From Camelus ferus (taxonomy: Eukaryota): a stretch of 64,000 nt of DNA. The translations under genes were made by a program, and so were the position numbers. Below, in pieces: positions 61,428 to 64,000 of the stretch; within the stretch, counting starts at the first letter, position 1, and each line of letters opens with the position of its first letter. The notes beneath the pieces are model-generated. The model had not been told where the DNA came from, made no database searches, and saw nothing but the letters and a program-made list of their open reading frames with translations. The DNA is taken from positions 3,598,001 to 3,662,000 of the forward strand of contig NC_045698.1 of assembly GCF_009834535.1 (NCBI RefSeq), in the 5' to 3' direction.

Positions 61428-61998
61428 TGTGGTATAGTGGACACACCCTAAGGTGACCCCTCCCCAGTGATTTATGTCCTATTTAATCACCTCCCCTTGA
61501 GTGTGAGTGGGCTTGTGACTTGCATTTGAGTGACAGAATATGGCAAAGGTGATGCGCTGTCATGTCTATGATTATATGTTACTTAAGACCCTGCCTTAGC
61601 AGGCTGGAGGAAGAGTGACCCTCCTTTGCTGACTTTGAAGAAGTGAGCTGCCTTCTCGTGGGACCACCTGCAAGAGGGTCACGTGGCAGGGAACTGCAGG
61701 GCAGCCTCTAGGAGCTGAGAGTGGCCCCCAGCTGCCAGGGGCAACAAGACTTGGACCTCAGTCCTACAGCCTCAAGGCTCTAAATTCTGCCAACAATCTG
61801 AAAAAGCCTGGAAGATCTTTCCCTACTTGAGCCTCTGATGAGACCACTGCCCTACCTGACACCTGACTGCAGCCTGGTGAGACCCAAAGCAAAGGACCCA
61901 GCTGGGCTGTGCCTGGACTTCTGACCTGCAGAGAACATGAGGTCACTGGTGTGTGCTGTTTGTGGTGAGTGGTTAACCAGCAATACATGACTAATACA
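61428..61998 (+). mobile_element. MLT1E/F-like MaLR LTR
   Basis: ctccccttgagtgtgagtggg...agaatatggcaaaggtgatg...gcagcctctaggagctgagagtggcccc...tgcctggacttctgacc...gactaataca. Confidence 0.8.
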
Positions 61999-63858
61999 GG
62001 CGGCTCCCTCTCCTTTGAGAACACATGAGCCAAATACCTCCATTAGAGGTTTACAATCTCCATCAGAGTCTTCATAAAATCCAAGAAAATCCAGGGCAAT
62101 GTGTAGCTCGTTCAGTCATCTGCCCATCAGTGCTTACTGCCATTGGAGACATTTGGAATGAATAAATGATCTGAAAAATGAAGCTAATGAAAATCAAAGT
62201 CTTCAAATATCAAAGAATCAGTCAATACACTATACTTACATGGTACATATAGTACATTATACATATTATAATTACTGTGCAGTAAAAAGCAGGAAGTTGT
62301 GATATGTATTTTGGAAAGGTTTGGCCATCAAAGGAGAAAAGGCGCCAGACTTTTGTCATGATTATCGCTTTCCCAAATGTTTTGGTAAATTAGGAATGTG
62401 CTGATCTAAATAGAAACAGTGGCCTGGTTTTTTAACATTGGTTCCACCCATAATGTCCCACCTAAATTCTCTCAAGTGGTGACAACAAACTGTACCTAGA
62501 TCTTCAGGCAAGAGGAGCCCTCTGTGCCTGATTTGGGGCGTTGACACATTCCAAGGATGCCCCTGAGACCAGCCTGCCCCAGGGCTAAAGCCTCTGGGTG
62601 GCGGTGGACACGTCCTCACGGCTGCCAAGTCTGCGCTGCCTCTCAGCTGTCCAAATGTTGTCCCCCACCCTGATCCAGCTGCTCCAACTGTCCCTACGTC
62701 TTCCTCCACCGCCCTATAAGCCAGTGACTGGTGACTCATGTGGTCTCCAGTTCTGGCCCAAGCCTGGCCGCACCACTGTTTTGTGTCTCTGTGGCTTGCA
62801 GTGCTTGGGAGGAGGCTCAGAACTACTCACTGTCAGAAGGAGAAGTGTACTCGGGGAGAGGGGCCTGTCACACCTGGAGAGACGAGGGCTGCATCCCCTC
62901 GCAGAGGTGCATCATCGGGGCGGGTGGCTAACCCCGCCAGGGCTGCCTGCAGTGTTAATGAAAGATGCTCCCAGTGAAGACTGCAAACCACGTGCTCAGT
63001 GAAGACTGTAAAATGCAGACTGTCCCTGCAGGGACGGGGAGCTGCTCTCCGATTGTGCGGAAGAGGACACAGGCCCTTGGGCAGCACCACGTGGAGACCA
63101 TATTCTGGAAACCTGCTTTGGGAGAATGTCTTTTTAAAATTAAATATTCTAAGTAATCAGGGACAAAATAGTTTAGCCTGGAATAATTTAGATCTTCAGG
63201 AAATCAGTCAAAATTTTCCAAAATGAAGGAAAAAGGTATAAGATCAAAGTCAGATTCTATAGAAATGTATAAAAGGTTTGGTAGAGAATTTTCTAAAGAA
63301 AGTAGAACATTTTGACAGAAAAAATATAACAATAAAATCCCAGGATTCCATGCATCCTCAGATATCACTTATACATATTATCACATTTGAGAAACCAGGT
63401 GTTACATAGAAGAAGGCATAAAGCACAGAAAATTTAAGCTGAACCACTGGGACTGACCCAGCAGAATCTTGCAAATGGCGACTGTCTTCATACTGATGGT
63501 CAGTCAAGGCTGAGATCCCCACTGAGCTAACACCCTGAGACCCTCGCTGGTGTGGGGGGGCAGAAGATGTCCACTGCCTTCAAGGCTGACTTCCACAAGC
63601 CAGCTCACTACAGCTGCATCCCCTATGCAGCCCCTAAATGTCTGAACATGCAAATTAAACTGTATTTAAGATGCACTGGGTGTCGGTCTCTAATGTGTGT
63701 GGAAACCCTGTGGTGAGCTCATCGCAGTGTTAAGCTGGCTTCCCCTCGGCCACCTCGCTCTCTCCTCCTCTCTTTTTAAATGTGGGTTTTCATGGAGCCC
63801 ATCCAGCAGACCAATGAGAGCAGGAAATGGGTAAGTTTCCTTTTACTAATTTTAGGGC

Positions 63859-64000
63859 TTTGATGGTTAACCTTATGTATCAGCTTGGCCAGACCACGGT
63901 GCCCAGCGGTTTGGTCAGGCACTAGTCTAGATGTTGCTCTGAAGACTTTTTTGACGGATTCATATTTACAATTGGTTGGAGGACTGAAGAGCAAAGACCG
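63859..64000 (+). mobile_element. MLT2-family (ERVL) LTR, cut by the window end
   Basis: tgatggttaaccttatgtatcagcttggccagaccacggtgcccag...tttggtca...ctagatgttgctctgaag. Confidence 0.75.

Overview
Mammalian genomic DNA, probably camelid (camel/alpaca/llama), judged from two Vic-1-like tRNA-derived SINEs and artiodactyl-type L1/LTR families. The first ~7.7 kb holds the 3' end of ADAMTS16 on the + strand. Five coding exons (950-1151, 1285-1479, 2343-2567, 5629-5776, 6501-6616) have GT-AG boundaries and compatible phases. They encode four thrombospondin type-1 repeats and the PLAC domain, followed by a ~1 kb 3' UTR with AATAAA at 7636. The remaining ~56 kb is GC-rich intergenic sequence with ERV1 solo LTRs, MLT1/MLT2 LTRs, L1 and L2 remnants, DNA-transposon fossils and microsatellites. 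No second protein-coding gene is supported; the other listed ORFs are chance frames or L1 ORF2 debris. I found no convincing novel multi-gene system. The most unusual local structure is a 7 x 19-bp minisatellite that multiplies an ADAMTS16 splice donor. Next are a double-octamer/compressed SOX-OCT element at ~28.6 kb and a well-preserved solo LTR with promoter motifs and an R-region hairpin. Repeat family names come from recalled consensus sequences, not a database search, and most repeat boundaries are approximate.
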